From Chthoniobacteraceae bacterium (GTDB taxonomy: Bacteria; Verrucomicrobiota; Verrucomicrobiia; Chthoniobacterales; Chthoniobacteraceae): a DNA stretch of 64,000 nt. Where the stretch lies: assembly GCA_037190965.1 (NCBI GenBank), contig JBBCKI010000013.1, positions 11,998 to 75,997 of the forward strand, written 5' to 3'. A program made the position numbers and the translations under genes. Shown here piece after piece: positions 49,002 through 57,194 of this stretch (position 1 is the stretch's first letter; the number at the start of each line of letters is the position of its first letter). The notes beneath the pieces were generated by a model. That model saw only the letters and a list, made by a program, of their open reading frames with translations. It was not told the DNA's origin and did not search any database.

Positions 49002-49946
49002 TTGAGCCATTCGAACCACGAGAAAGCCCTTCTTTTTGAGCGCCCGGTCTGGAACAAGATCGACGGCACCTGGAAACCTTTGTACGGCGGATTTCTGGAC
49101 CTTGGCGCGAGCATTGAATGGCACGACTTCCGGGTGGATGAGCCGCTCCCCTGGTCCGACAGCTTCCACCAGAACAGCCTGGAGATTTGTCTCAACTACA
49201 CCGGGACGGCGGAACTGCGCCTCGGGTCGAAGCTGCTGAAGCTCGGCAACGAACAGATCGCCATTTATACCTCCCGGGACGAGCCGCCCACGGCGGTGCG
49301 CCACGCCAATTCCGCGCACCGGTTCATGACGCTGGAGTTTTCCATCGACTATCTCCGCTGCCAATTGGAGGGGATGATGGACGGAGTAATTCCGGGTATT
49401 CGCCGTTTTCTCGAAAGCCCGGAGCGCACCGACCTCTGGATGGAGGCTCGCCCCCTTCCGAGTACGCTTTTGGCGATCCGCGCCAGCATGCTGGAGCCCC
49501 CGGTCGGCTCCGCGGCACTCCCAGCGTGGTATCGGAGCAAGATTCTCGAAGTGCTTGCCCAGACGGTCTTTGTTGCCGACGCCCCGGACGAACTTTTCTG
49601 CGAGCGCCATAAGCGCCTTAATCGCGAGCGGGTCGACCGGGTGCGCTACCTGATCCAGCGCGACATCGAGAATCCGCCCAGCCTCGACATGCTGGCCCAG
49701 GAGGTCGATTGCAGCCCCTTCTACCTCAGTCGCCTTTTCGCGGAAGAGGCCGGGGTTTCTCTGCCCAAATACCTCCGCCTCAAACGGGTGGAGAAGGCGG
49801 CGGAGCTGATCAAGGAAAGCGGGATGAGCGTTACCGACGCCGCCATGGCGGTCGGTTACTCCAGCCTGAGCGCCTTCCATAAGGCGTTTGTGGAGCGGCA
49901 CGGGGTTTCGCCAAGCCAGTATGGGTTGAAGAAGGGGCGGAAGTAG
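49002..49946 (+). CDS. AraC family transcriptional regulator (PchR/YbtA-like)
   Basis: C-terminal PPSLDMLAQEV...AAMAVGYSSLSAFHKAF...GVSPSQY; TTG start. Confidence 0.93.
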   Translation: MSHSNHEKALLFERPVWNKIDGTWKPLYGGFLDLGASIEWHDFRVDEPLPWSDSFHQNSLEICLNYTGTAELRLGSKLLKLGNEQIAIYTSRDEPPTAVRHANSAHRFMTLEFSIDYLRCQLEGMMDGVIPGIRRFLESPERTDLWMEARPLPSTLLAIRASMLEPPVGSAALPAWYRSKILEVLAQTVFVADAPDELFCERHKRLNRERVDRVRYLIQRDIENPPSLDMLAQEVDCSPFYLSRLFAEEAGVSLPKYLRLKRVEKAAELIKESGMSVTDAAMAVGYSSLSAFHKAFVERHGVSPSQYGLKKGRK

Positions 49947-50060
49947 GGGGATGCTGCAGGTTAGGCCGGTGGTTTAGCCTGTTTGTGCCGCCTTCAGAGG
50001 GAGTGATATGAGTGATGATGCAGTGCGGAAAGAACTCCATTGACACTTCAATGGAAATCC

Positions 50061-50099
50061 AAAAAAACGCTTCCCGTTAATTGATTGGCGGGAAGCGTT
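50061..50099 (-). terminator. Intrinsic terminator of the PEP-CTERM gene
   Basis: AACGCTTCCCG / CGGGAAGCGTT stem with an A7 run on the + strand (U tail on the - strand). Confidence 0.8.
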
Positions 50100-50122
50100 G
50101 AATATTGAAGGGAAACCGTCAA

Positions 50123-50926
50123 TCAGGCTTGCACTGTGCGCCTCCGGCGAAGGGCAAAGACGCCAGCCGCTCCGCTGGTGAGAAGCAGCGCCCATGTGGA
50201 GGGCTCGGGAACGACCGAGTAATTGTAAACGGTGTCCGTCTGATCGAGACGCACTTCATAAACCTGCGCATGCGGCACGGCGGAGAACTGGATCTCGAAG
50301 GAGTTGATCGTAGCGTCGACGCTCCACTGGAAATAATAGGTATTTCTGTAAAGATCCTGCTCCGGTTCGCCCGGAGGCGTGAACGTTCCAGTGTAAACCT
50401 GACTGATCAGAAAGGTGAAATTAGCGTCCAGTTCAACGGTTGATCCTCCGGAGGTTACAAAGAGGGTTGGTCCGCTAAATAGATCGTATCCAGATGCCTC
50501 ACCGATATCGATCTGGAAACCGATGGTTCTTACGCCGGAAAGCATGTTCACCGGCCTGATTCCTATGGTGCCCCCGAGGGAGTTTGCCTCCACAGCTCCC
50601 GCGCCGAAATAGAGGCTCTCGCCTCCGATGTACGGGCCGCCACCGCTTGCTCCATTGGCTACTTTATAGAGCTGTGCGGCGTGGCCCGCGCTGCCGAGGC
50701 TGCTCGGAGCTGAATTATTCCAAGACGTATTCCAGGCATTCGTTCCGGGATATCCGCCGTAGTAGCCCTTATAAACGTTCCAGTTATTGTTGCCGTAGTT
50801 AAAATTATCGAGTTGCCAGCCATCCCACGAGGTGTTGCCGGTAAAGGGGACATTGACTATCTGTGCCAGTGCTGCTCCCGAGAGGGCAAGCGAAGATAAG
50901 AGCAAGAGACTCAGTTTTCGGATCAT
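50123..50926 (-). CDS. PEP-CTERM sorting domain surface protein
   Basis: Signal peptide; C-terminal VPEPSTWALL-TM-RRRR; Tyr/Trp/Gly/Asn-rich body. Confidence 0.93.
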   Translation of the reverse strand: MIRKLSLLLLSSLALSGAALAQIVNVPFTGNTSWDGWQLDNFNYGNNNWNVYKGYYGGYPGTNAWNTSWNNSAPSSLGSAGHAAQLYKVANGASGGGPYIGGESLYFGAGAVEANSLGGTIGIRPVNMLSGVRTIGFQIDIGEASGYDLFSGPTLFVTSGGSTVELDANFTFLISQVYTGTFTPPGEPEQDLYRNTYYFQWSVDATINSFEIQFSAVPHAQVYEVRLDQTDTVYNYSVVPEPSTWALLLTSGAAGVFALRRRRTVQA

Positions 50927-50960
50927 TTCCCAATGAGTATCAGCTCTCCATATCGCACAG

Positions 50961-50998
50961 CTATCTTCGAATTGCGATTTTGTGTCTCTCTTTTGCGA
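50961..50998 (-). promoter_or_regulatory. Putative AraC-family tandem binding site B (upstream of the PEP-CTERM gene)
   Basis: Minus strand TCGCAAAAGAGAGACACAAAA-TCGCAATTCGAAGATAG; TGnTA 18 nt downstream. Confidence 0.7.
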
Positions 50999-51024
50999 CG
51001 GTCCTACTGCATCCGGATAGAGGA

Positions 51025-51062
51025 CCGCAAGAATCAGTAAACTGAGTGCAAGTCGAAGGAAG
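51025..51062 (+). promoter_or_regulatory. Putative AraC-family tandem binding site C (upstream of the prepilin gene)
   Basis: CCGCAAGAATCAGTAAACTGA-GTGCAAGTCGAAGGAAG; TGnTA 17 nt downstream. Confidence 0.65.
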
Positions 51063-51190
51063 TTCTAAGAAAAGGAACGTGGTAGCTTCATCTTTCTTCG
51101 AACTCGTTGCGCAATACATCCGCTGCAGGGTTGACTCCTGACCGGCTGGATTGCCGGGACTCCGAAGGGAACCGAGTATATCACCATTTA

Positions 51191-52090
51191 ATGAAAGATT
51201 CGCAATCCTCCAGTTTTCCCCAGAACTGTTTGAAGGTACCTGCCAGAGTCTCCGCATTCACGGTTGTTGAGCTGCTGGTCGTCGTAGCAATTTCGGCCGT
51301 CGTTCTTGGAATGGGAGGGGCGGTTTTTAGTTCTGTTCGCAAAAGCGGGATGATGGCGCAGGAGCTTGCGGCAGGCCGGACGTTGATTACGGCTTATCTC
51401 TCATACGCGGCTGAAAATAATAATCGGCTGATGCCGGCGTTCGATCAGCGTCCCAACAACGTCTGGTTTGAGCCCGACAAGAAGGAGCTTTCCGGCTCCG
51501 GTGCGCTTTCGCAAATGGTTTATCGGTATCCTTACCGGCTCGCACCCTATTTTGGCTACAAAATGGATGGGGTGATCCTTAGCAAAGCGAACTCCAGCAA
51601 AGTTCAGGATGTTCGGGCCACGCAGGGGGCTGACATGGCCTACTATGAAACTAGTGCCATGCCGATGTTTGGAATCAACGAGACCTTTGTGGGTGGGAAA
51701 ATCGTAAAATTGCCCACGCGAATGCAGCCGGGGGAATTTGGAGAGTATGGATACGATCCCCTGTCAGCCACTGAAACGATCGGTAATACTCTGGGCGGCA
51801 GGAGGATAATTGTGTTTGCCTCGGCCGGGTCGGGAACCGGATCCAACGCAATGGGCGGGTATTTCAGGGTTGATAGTCCGACTACGGCTTCCCAAACTTG
51901 GTTGAACAGCCATTGGGCGGCCAATAGCGACCCCGCCACCTTCGGACGTGTGGATGCCCGCTTCGAAGGCCGGGCGCTGTGTGTTTTTCTCGATGGAAGT
52001 GTCGAGTCGTTAACCATTGATCAACTCAAAGATATGCGGTTCTGGTCGAAAAACGCAGCCGAGCAGGATAATCCCAATTATGCGCCGTAA
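51191..52090 (+). CDS. Prepilin-type N-terminal cleavage/methylation protein with H-X9-DG-like C-terminus
   Basis: AFTVVELLVVVAI class III signal; C-terminal ARFEGRALCVFLDGSV (F-X9-DG); ATG at 51191. Confidence 0.88.
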   Translation: MKDSQSSSFPQNCLKVPARVSAFTVVELLVVVAISAVVLGMGGAVFSSVRKSGMMAQELAAGRTLITAYLSYAAENNNRLMPAFDQRPNNVWFEPDKKELSGSGALSQMVYRYPYRLAPYFGYKMDGVILSKANSSKVQDVRATQGADMAYYETSAMPMFGINETFVGGKIVKLPTRMQPGEFGEYGYDPLSATETIGNTLGGRRIIVFASAGSGTGSNAMGGYFRVDSPTTASQTWLNSHWAANSDPATFGRVDARFEGRALCVFLDGSVESLTIDQLKDMRFWSKNAAEQDNPNYAP

Positions 52091-52259
52091 ACGCAGCTAA
52101 TGCGCCCGCAGGGAGGTGGCTTTTTGAATCTGAAAAAGCAACGCCACCATTCTTAAACTTTGCATTTTTTCCGTGTCTACGTTTCACTGCGTCCCCTCCC
52201 CCCGGGGTTTGACACTGGGGCGAAGGGATTAGCCTCCTAGCTGCGACTTTTTTCAACCT

Positions 52260-53321
52260 ATGAAAACCAACCATTCCGAACTCAGTGAACAGTGGCGCGA
52301 ATTGATTGCCAAAGAACCCAATCTCCGCATTCGCGATGCGGCGACCCGTCTTGGGGTTAGCGAAGCTGAGCTTCTTGCCACCCGCGTCGGGGCCGGTGTG
52401 ACCCGCCTTGCGGCTGCCAACTGGTTCGAACTCGTCCAGGAATTGCCGAAGCTTGGCCGCGTGATGTGCCTCACCCGCAATGAACACGCCGTTCATGAGC
52501 GTTACGGAGTGTTCCGCGAAATCGCTTTCATGGGTCACGGTGTGGCTCAGGTGGTTGGTCATGATATTGACCTTCGTTTGTTCATGGGCCACTGGCACAT
52601 CGGGTTTGCCGTAACGGATGAAACCAAGGATGGCCCTCGCAACAGCCTCCAGTTCTTCGACGCCGACGGCACCGCGATCCACAAGGTCTATCTCCAGGCG
52701 GAGAGCGATCAGGCTGCTTACGCAGAGCTGGTGAAGAAGTACCTCTCCGATGATCAGGCGCAGACTCAGTGCGTTACGCCGCTGGCTCCCGGACGTCCTG
52801 AGCGCCCCGATGAACAGGTTGACGTCGCCGGTTTCCAGAAGGGCTGGCTCGAACTCAAGGAGTCGCACGCGTTCTTCATGCTGATGCATAAGTTCGGCGT
52901 CGCCCGCGAGCAGGCGCTTCGCCTCGCTCCTGAAGGGTTTGCGTGGCAGGTGGACAAAAACTCCGCCCAGATCATGCTGGAGAAGGCCGCTGCGGACCAG
53001 ACTCCGATCATGGTCTTTATCGGCAGCGAAGGGTGCATCCAGATTCACACCGGCGAAGTCACGAACATCAAGCGCTTTGGCGGGGAATGGATCAACGTTC
53101 TCGACGACGAGTTCAACATGCACCTCCGCGACAGCGCCGTGGCTCGCGCCTGGATCGTCCGTAAGCCGACCTACGAAGGGGGCGTTGTGACGTCGCTTGA
53201 GCTTTACGACGAGAAGGGGAACAATCTCGTTCTCTTTTTCGGTAAGCGCAAACCCGGCCAGTTGGAAGACCCGGTTTGGGCCGCCCTCGCCGAGTCGCTG
53301 CCCAAGGAGCAGGTGGCATGA
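52260..53321 (+). CDS. hemS: Hemin-degrading/trafficking protein HemS/ChuS/HmuS
   Basis: RIRDAATRLGVSEAEL, LTRNEHAVHE, IDLRLF, SLQFFD, CIQIHTG and FNMHLR motifs. Confidence 0.95.
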   Translation: MKTNHSELSEQWRELIAKEPNLRIRDAATRLGVSEAELLATRVGAGVTRLAAANWFELVQELPKLGRVMCLTRNEHAVHERYGVFREIAFMGHGVAQVVGHDIDLRLFMGHWHIGFAVTDETKDGPRNSLQFFDADGTAIHKVYLQAESDQAAYAELVKKYLSDDQAQTQCVTPLAPGRPERPDEQVDVAGFQKGWLELKESHAFFMLMHKFGVAREQALRLAPEGFAWQVDKNSAQIMLEKAAADQTPIMVFIGSEGCIQIHTGEVTNIKRFGGEWINVLDDEFNMHLRDSAVARAWIVRKPTYEGGVVTSLELYDEKGNNLVLFFGKRKPGQLEDPVWAALAESLPKEQVA

Positions 53322-54253
53322 CGCGACTCTTCAAGAGCGCAATTTTGGGAGTGTTGTTGGCGGCCGCCGGAAACGGGGCCGCCTTCGGCCATGATGGTTC
53401 TCATGACCATTCTCATGGTCAGGAAGCCTCGACATCCACGATTCCATTGCCCAAGAACCCGCAGAGCATCGTCTCGGTGGGTGGCGGGGTCACGGAAACG
53501 ATCTTCGCGCTTGGCGCGGAGAAGGCGCTTGTCGCCGTGGATACCAGCAGCGTTTATCCCGAGGCTGCCACGAAACTCCCGCAGTGCGGTTATCAGCGTA
53601 CCCTTTCCGCAGAGGGGGTCGCCTCCCTGAAGCCGGACCTCATCTTCCTCGCCGGTGCCGCGGGCCCACCCTCGGCCATCGCTCAACTCGAGAAGCTGGG
53701 CATCCCCAATGTCCGCCTGAACGAAGCTCACACGCTGGAGGCCGCCAAGGAGAATATCCTCAAAATCGGCGCCACGCTCGAACGCGAGGAGAAGGCGAAG
53801 GAACTCGTGGCGCAGATCGACGAAAAGATCGCCGCGCTTCCGAAGCCAACCAGCCGCCCGAAAGTGCTCTTCATCCTCAGCGCGGGCGGGGGGAGAACCC
53901 TCGTTTCCGGCAAAGGGACCGCCGCTGACGCGATGATCGAACTCGCGGGAGGCGAAAACGTCGCCGCCGAGTTTACGAGCTTCAAACCGGTCTCCTCGGA
54001 GGCGCTGGTTGCCATGGCGCCCGAAGTGATTCTCACCACTTCCCGGACGGTCGGTGAGTTTCGTGACGGCGGGATTGAGAAAGCGCTCCCCGGGATCGCT
54101 TTGACCCCCGCGGGCAAGGCCAACCGGATTATCGTGATGGAAGATCTCTACCTGATGGGGTTTGGCCCGAGGGTGGGGGACGCCCTGGTTGATCTTTCGC
54201 GGCAGTTTCACCCGGCATCTGGGGCCCCTGGGGCGAACGTCAAGCCGCAGTAA
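53318..54253 (+). CDS. hmuT: Heme ABC transporter periplasmic binding protein
   Basis: Signal peptide; GGGVTETIFALG, VDTSSVYP, GYQRTLSAEG (heme Tyr) and GFGPR motifs; ATG at 53318. Confidence 0.92.
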   Translation: MTRLFKSAILGVLLAAAGNGAAFGHDGSHDHSHGQEASTSTIPLPKNPQSIVSVGGGVTETIFALGAEKALVAVDTSSVYPEAATKLPQCGYQRTLSAEGVASLKPDLIFLAGAAGPPSAIAQLEKLGIPNVRLNEAHTLEAAKENILKIGATLEREEKAKELVAQIDEKIAALPKPTSRPKVLFILSAGGGRTLVSGKGTAADAMIELAGGENVAAEFTSFKPVSSEALVAMAPEVILTTSRTVGEFRDGGIEKALPGIALTPAGKANRIIVMEDLYLMGFGPRVGDALVDLSRQFHPASGAPGANVKPQ

Positions 54254-55314
54254 TGGCGAGAGCCCTCGTTGCCTCCCTCGGTTGGAGAACGCGGCCCCGT
54301 CTTTTGGTGATCGCGCTCGGCCTTGCGTCGATCGCGATCCTTTTCTGGTCTGTCGGCTCCGGCGCGATGGCCATCAGTTGGAACGAGATTCTCGATAGCC
54401 TCTGGAACGCTTATGGCCGGGAGGGGCATCGCAATGACGCCCTGATCTGGAATCTCCGTCTCCCGCGGATTCTCATGGGCTTTGCCGCCGGCGGAGCCCT
54501 CGGGATTTGCGGCGCGGCATTGCAAGGGCTTTTCCGGAATCCTCTTGCCGACCCGGCTTTGATCGGGGTTTCCGGCGGGGGCGCTCTGGGAGCGGCCTTC
54601 GCCATTGTGCTCGGCGTGCCGAAATTCCTGGCAGGCATCCCGCTTCTTTCTCTCTATTCCGTGCCGCTTGCGGCCTTTGCGGGGGCTTTTGCCGCAACCG
54701 CGTTGGTCTATAGCGTGGCCACGTGGCAGGGGCAGGTGCAAGTAGCCACTCTTTTGCTGGCGGGCATCGCGATCAATGCCATTGCGGGATCGATCATCGG
54801 CTGGTTCACTTTCATGGCGACCGACGCGCAATTGCGCGAGCTGAGCTTCTGGAGTCTCGGCAGCGTGGGCGGCGCGAGTTGGGAGAGCCTGGCCGGGTCT
54901 GTCCCCTTTGTGGCGGTGGCCTTGTTCCTCCTCCTGTTTTATGCGCGGCCTTTGAACGCGCTTGCCCTTGGCGAATCCAATGCAAAGCACATGGGAGCGC
55001 CTGTTGAGTCGATGAAACGCGGCATCGTTATCGCCACGGCCCTGGCGGTTGGCGCGGTGGTTTCATTTACCGGGACCATCGGTTTCATTGGGCTCGTGGC
55101 TCCGCATCTTTTCCGGCTGGTTGGCGGCCCGGATCACCGCTGGGTTCTTCCCGGTTCCTTTCTGATGGGCGGTTGCCTTCTGTGCGTGGCCGACGTGATT
55201 GCCCGTGTGGCGGCGATTCCCGCGGAGATTCCTGTCGGGATTGTCGTTTCGACCATCGGGGCTCCTTTTTTCCTTTTCCTGCTCATGAGCGAAAAGAAGC
55301 GCAACGGGGGATAA
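54253..55314 (+). CDS. hmuU: Heme ABC transporter permease (FecCD family)
   Basis: LRLPR, QGLFRNPLADP, IGFIGLVAPH and EIPVG motifs. Confidence 0.93.
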   Translation: MARALVASLGWRTRPRLLVIALGLASIAILFWSVGSGAMAISWNEILDSLWNAYGREGHRNDALIWNLRLPRILMGFAAGGALGICGAALQGLFRNPLADPALIGVSGGGALGAAFAIVLGVPKFLAGIPLLSLYSVPLAAFAGAFAATALVYSVATWQGQVQVATLLLAGIAINAIAGSIIGWFTFMATDAQLRELSFWSLGSVGGASWESLAGSVPFVAVALFLLLFYARPLNALALGESNAKHMGAPVESMKRGIVIATALAVGAVVSFTGTIGFIGLVAPHLFRLVGGPDHRWVLPGSFLMGGCLLCVADVIARVAAIPAEIPVGIVVSTIGAPFFLFLLMSEKKRNGG

Positions 55315-55336
55315 ACCGGTTGATTGTCAGACGCTC

Positions 55337-56146
55337 ATGCTGAAAGCAAAAAACATCACCGTGAAACGCGGGGCGAATACGCTCCTCTGCGGTGTCGATG
55401 CCGTGGCCAAACCGGGTGAGCTTCTTGTCATTGCCGGGGTGAACGGGGCAGGCAAAACGACGCTGCTGAGGGTTTTGTCGGGTGAAATTGCTCCAAGTCA
55501 CGGAGAGGTGTTTTGGGATGCCGCTCCTCTGAAATCGTTGAAAAGCCGCGAAATGGCAAAGATGCGTGCGTATCTCAGCCAGCGGACGACTTGCGCGGTG
55601 GCTTTCCGCGCCATCGAGATCGTCCGTCTCGGGGTGGAGGCGTCGGAGACTTTCGCGCAGGGCGACACCGATGCGGAAACTCTCGCGATCGCGGCCTTGG
55701 AGCTTTGCGGCGTGGGGCATTTGCAGGAGCGGCTTGTCGATACGCTCTCTGGCGGCGAGCAGCAGCGCGTCCACTGGGCGCGCGTCATCGCGCAACTTGG
55801 CGGGCAGTCGAGCGCTTCCCTCGCCGGGAAATGCCTGTTGCTGGACGAGCCGATTTCCGCTCTCGACCTGGCTCACCAGCACGAGATGATGGCGCTGGCG
55901 AGATCGCTGGTGGAGCGCGGCTGCGCCGTGATCGCGGTGCTTCACGACCTCAATCTTTCCGCCGAGTACGGCGATAGAATGCTATTGCTGGGCAACGGCA
56001 GCGTCGTGGCGGAAGGCAGTCCGCGCGAAGTATTGACCCCCGCCATCATTCACACCGCGTTCGGCTTGCGGGCAAGGGTTGAGGCAAACCCGGTCTCCGG
56101 ATCCCCGTGCGTCTTTGTTGAAAGAAACGCCCGAGGTCCAGTTTGA
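55337..56146 (+). CDS. hmuV: Heme ABC transporter ATP-binding protein
   Basis: GVNGAGKTT, LSGGEQQRVHWAR, LLDEP and LHDLNL motifs. Confidence 0.93.
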   Translation: MLKAKNITVKRGANTLLCGVDAVAKPGELLVIAGVNGAGKTTLLRVLSGEIAPSHGEVFWDAAPLKSLKSREMAKMRAYLSQRTTCAVAFRAIEIVRLGVEASETFAQGDTDAETLAIAALELCGVGHLQERLVDTLSGGEQQRVHWARVIAQLGGQSSASLAGKCLLLDEPISALDLAHQHEMMALARSLVERGCAVIAVLHDLNLSAEYGDRMLLLGNGSVVAEGSPREVLTPAIIHTAFGLRARVEANPVSGSPCVFVERNARGPV

Positions 56147-56154
56147 CTGAGGAA

Positions 56155-56324
56155 TAGAGCGTTTCTCGAGAGATCCTTCCGGAAGCACTGGGGCGGCATG
56201 GCCTCTGGCGCCGCGTTGCCAAGCGTGGGTAGGGCGCTGCGGCCCCAATCACTGCGTTTAGCCTTGTTCCAGAAGCAACGGCGCTCCCATTGCCTTTCGG
56301 AAATGATCTTCCGAGAAACGCTAT
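56155..56324. repeat. MITE-like element with imperfect terminal inverted repeats
   Basis: TAGAGCGTTTCTCGAGAGATCCTTCCGGAAG against CTTTCGGAAATGATCTTCCGAGAAACGCTA. Confidence 0.55.
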
Positions 56325-56353
56325 GGAATCATCTCCGAACGCGGTAAGGCGGC

Positions 56354-56390
56354 ACGGCTCCCTTTCGGGAGCCGTTTCGGAGTTTTTTTT
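56354..56390. terminator. Terminator-like hairpin between convergent hmuV and the RHH ORF
   Basis: ACGGCTCCC-TTTC-GGGAGCCGT followed by a T-rich tract. Confidence 0.65.
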
Positions 56391-56401
56391 CGCGAACCGC
56401 T

Positions 56402-56668
56402 TTACGGTTTCTTTTTCCTGCCCGGAGCGGGCTTGGCCTTGGGGGCCTTGACCTTGGCTTTTGGGGGCGGTTTTGTTCCCTTTTTTACCGGAGCAATGGG
56501 TTTGCTCCGGGGGCGTGGGACATCCTCACGGGTGACTCCGCCCTCCCCATCGCGTTGAATCAGCCACGCGATGTAAGCCGAAAAAGATTGCCCAAAACCG
56601 CGTTTTGCGGCGATTTCGAGACCCGTTTCGTATATACGGTCGTCTAAGGTGATGCTGGTGCGTTTGAT
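56402..56668 (-). CDS. Ribbon-helix-helix-like protein with Lys/Pro/Ala-rich tail (ATC start; absent from the ORF track)
   Basis: Hand translation (I/M)KRTSITLDDRIYETGLEIAAKRGFGQSFSAYIAWLIQRD...KKGTKPPPKAKVKAPKAKPAPGRKKKP*; AGGAG 6 nt upstream of ATC; in-frame TAG five codons upstream. Confidence 0.75.
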   Translation of the reverse strand: MKRTSITLDDRIYETGLEIAAKRGFGQSFSAYIAWLIQRDGEGGVTREDVPRPRSKPIAPVKKGTKPPPKAKVKAPKAKPAPGRKKKP

Positions 56669-56930
56669 AGGTAGCTCCTGCTAGTTTGAGGTTTGGACTG
56701 ATTGCCAAGCGGCCGTGTCCTGAAACCCTCGAACGGCTTTCTCACTCCACCAAGGGACCTGTAGAAGGCATGCATCAAAGGGTTGGTTCCTGCGACTTCG
56801 AGCCGCGACTCATCAGAGGGCGTCGAGGATATTACGACGTATCACACTCGTCCAGTGATAAAAGGAATTGTTTTTTTGGGACAAGAAACGCTTGCCTGAT
56901 GCTCTTTTGGATATTACTCAATCATATATC

Positions 56931-57128
56931 ATGGGTGGTGTCACACAGCGTACTTCGATCTCCCTGCCGAAGCATCTTTTCGAAAAGGGGCAGCAAATCG
57001 CAAAGAAACGTCGTCGGAATTTCTCGAACTACGTCGCTGACCTTATTGCATCGGATTGCATCACCCGCCCGGTTGGGTCGGATTCCGTCCCGGATGAGGA
57101 AAATAAGCGCGGGAAATCGGGCGATTGA
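56931..57128 (+). CDS. Ribbon-helix-helix (CopG/Arc-like) protein
   Basis: QRTSISLPKHLFEKGQQIAKKRRRNFSNYVADLIASD; ATG at 56931. Confidence 0.75.
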   Translation: MGGVTQRTSISLPKHLFEKGQQIAKKRRRNFSNYVADLIASDCITRPVGSDSVPDEENKRGKSGD

Positions 57129-57194
57129 TCGGTCTTCTGGATTCCTTCCTTGCCCTGATTGCAGGATGCCAGGCCTTTGGGATAGCTTCCCTTT

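Noticed and set aside
52091..52259. Fur box or fourth AraC site upstream of hemS
   Set aside because: Neither a Fur consensus nor the GCAA tandem motif is present, only a hairpin (about 52115-52148). Co-transcription of the pilin gene with hemS is therefore unproven.
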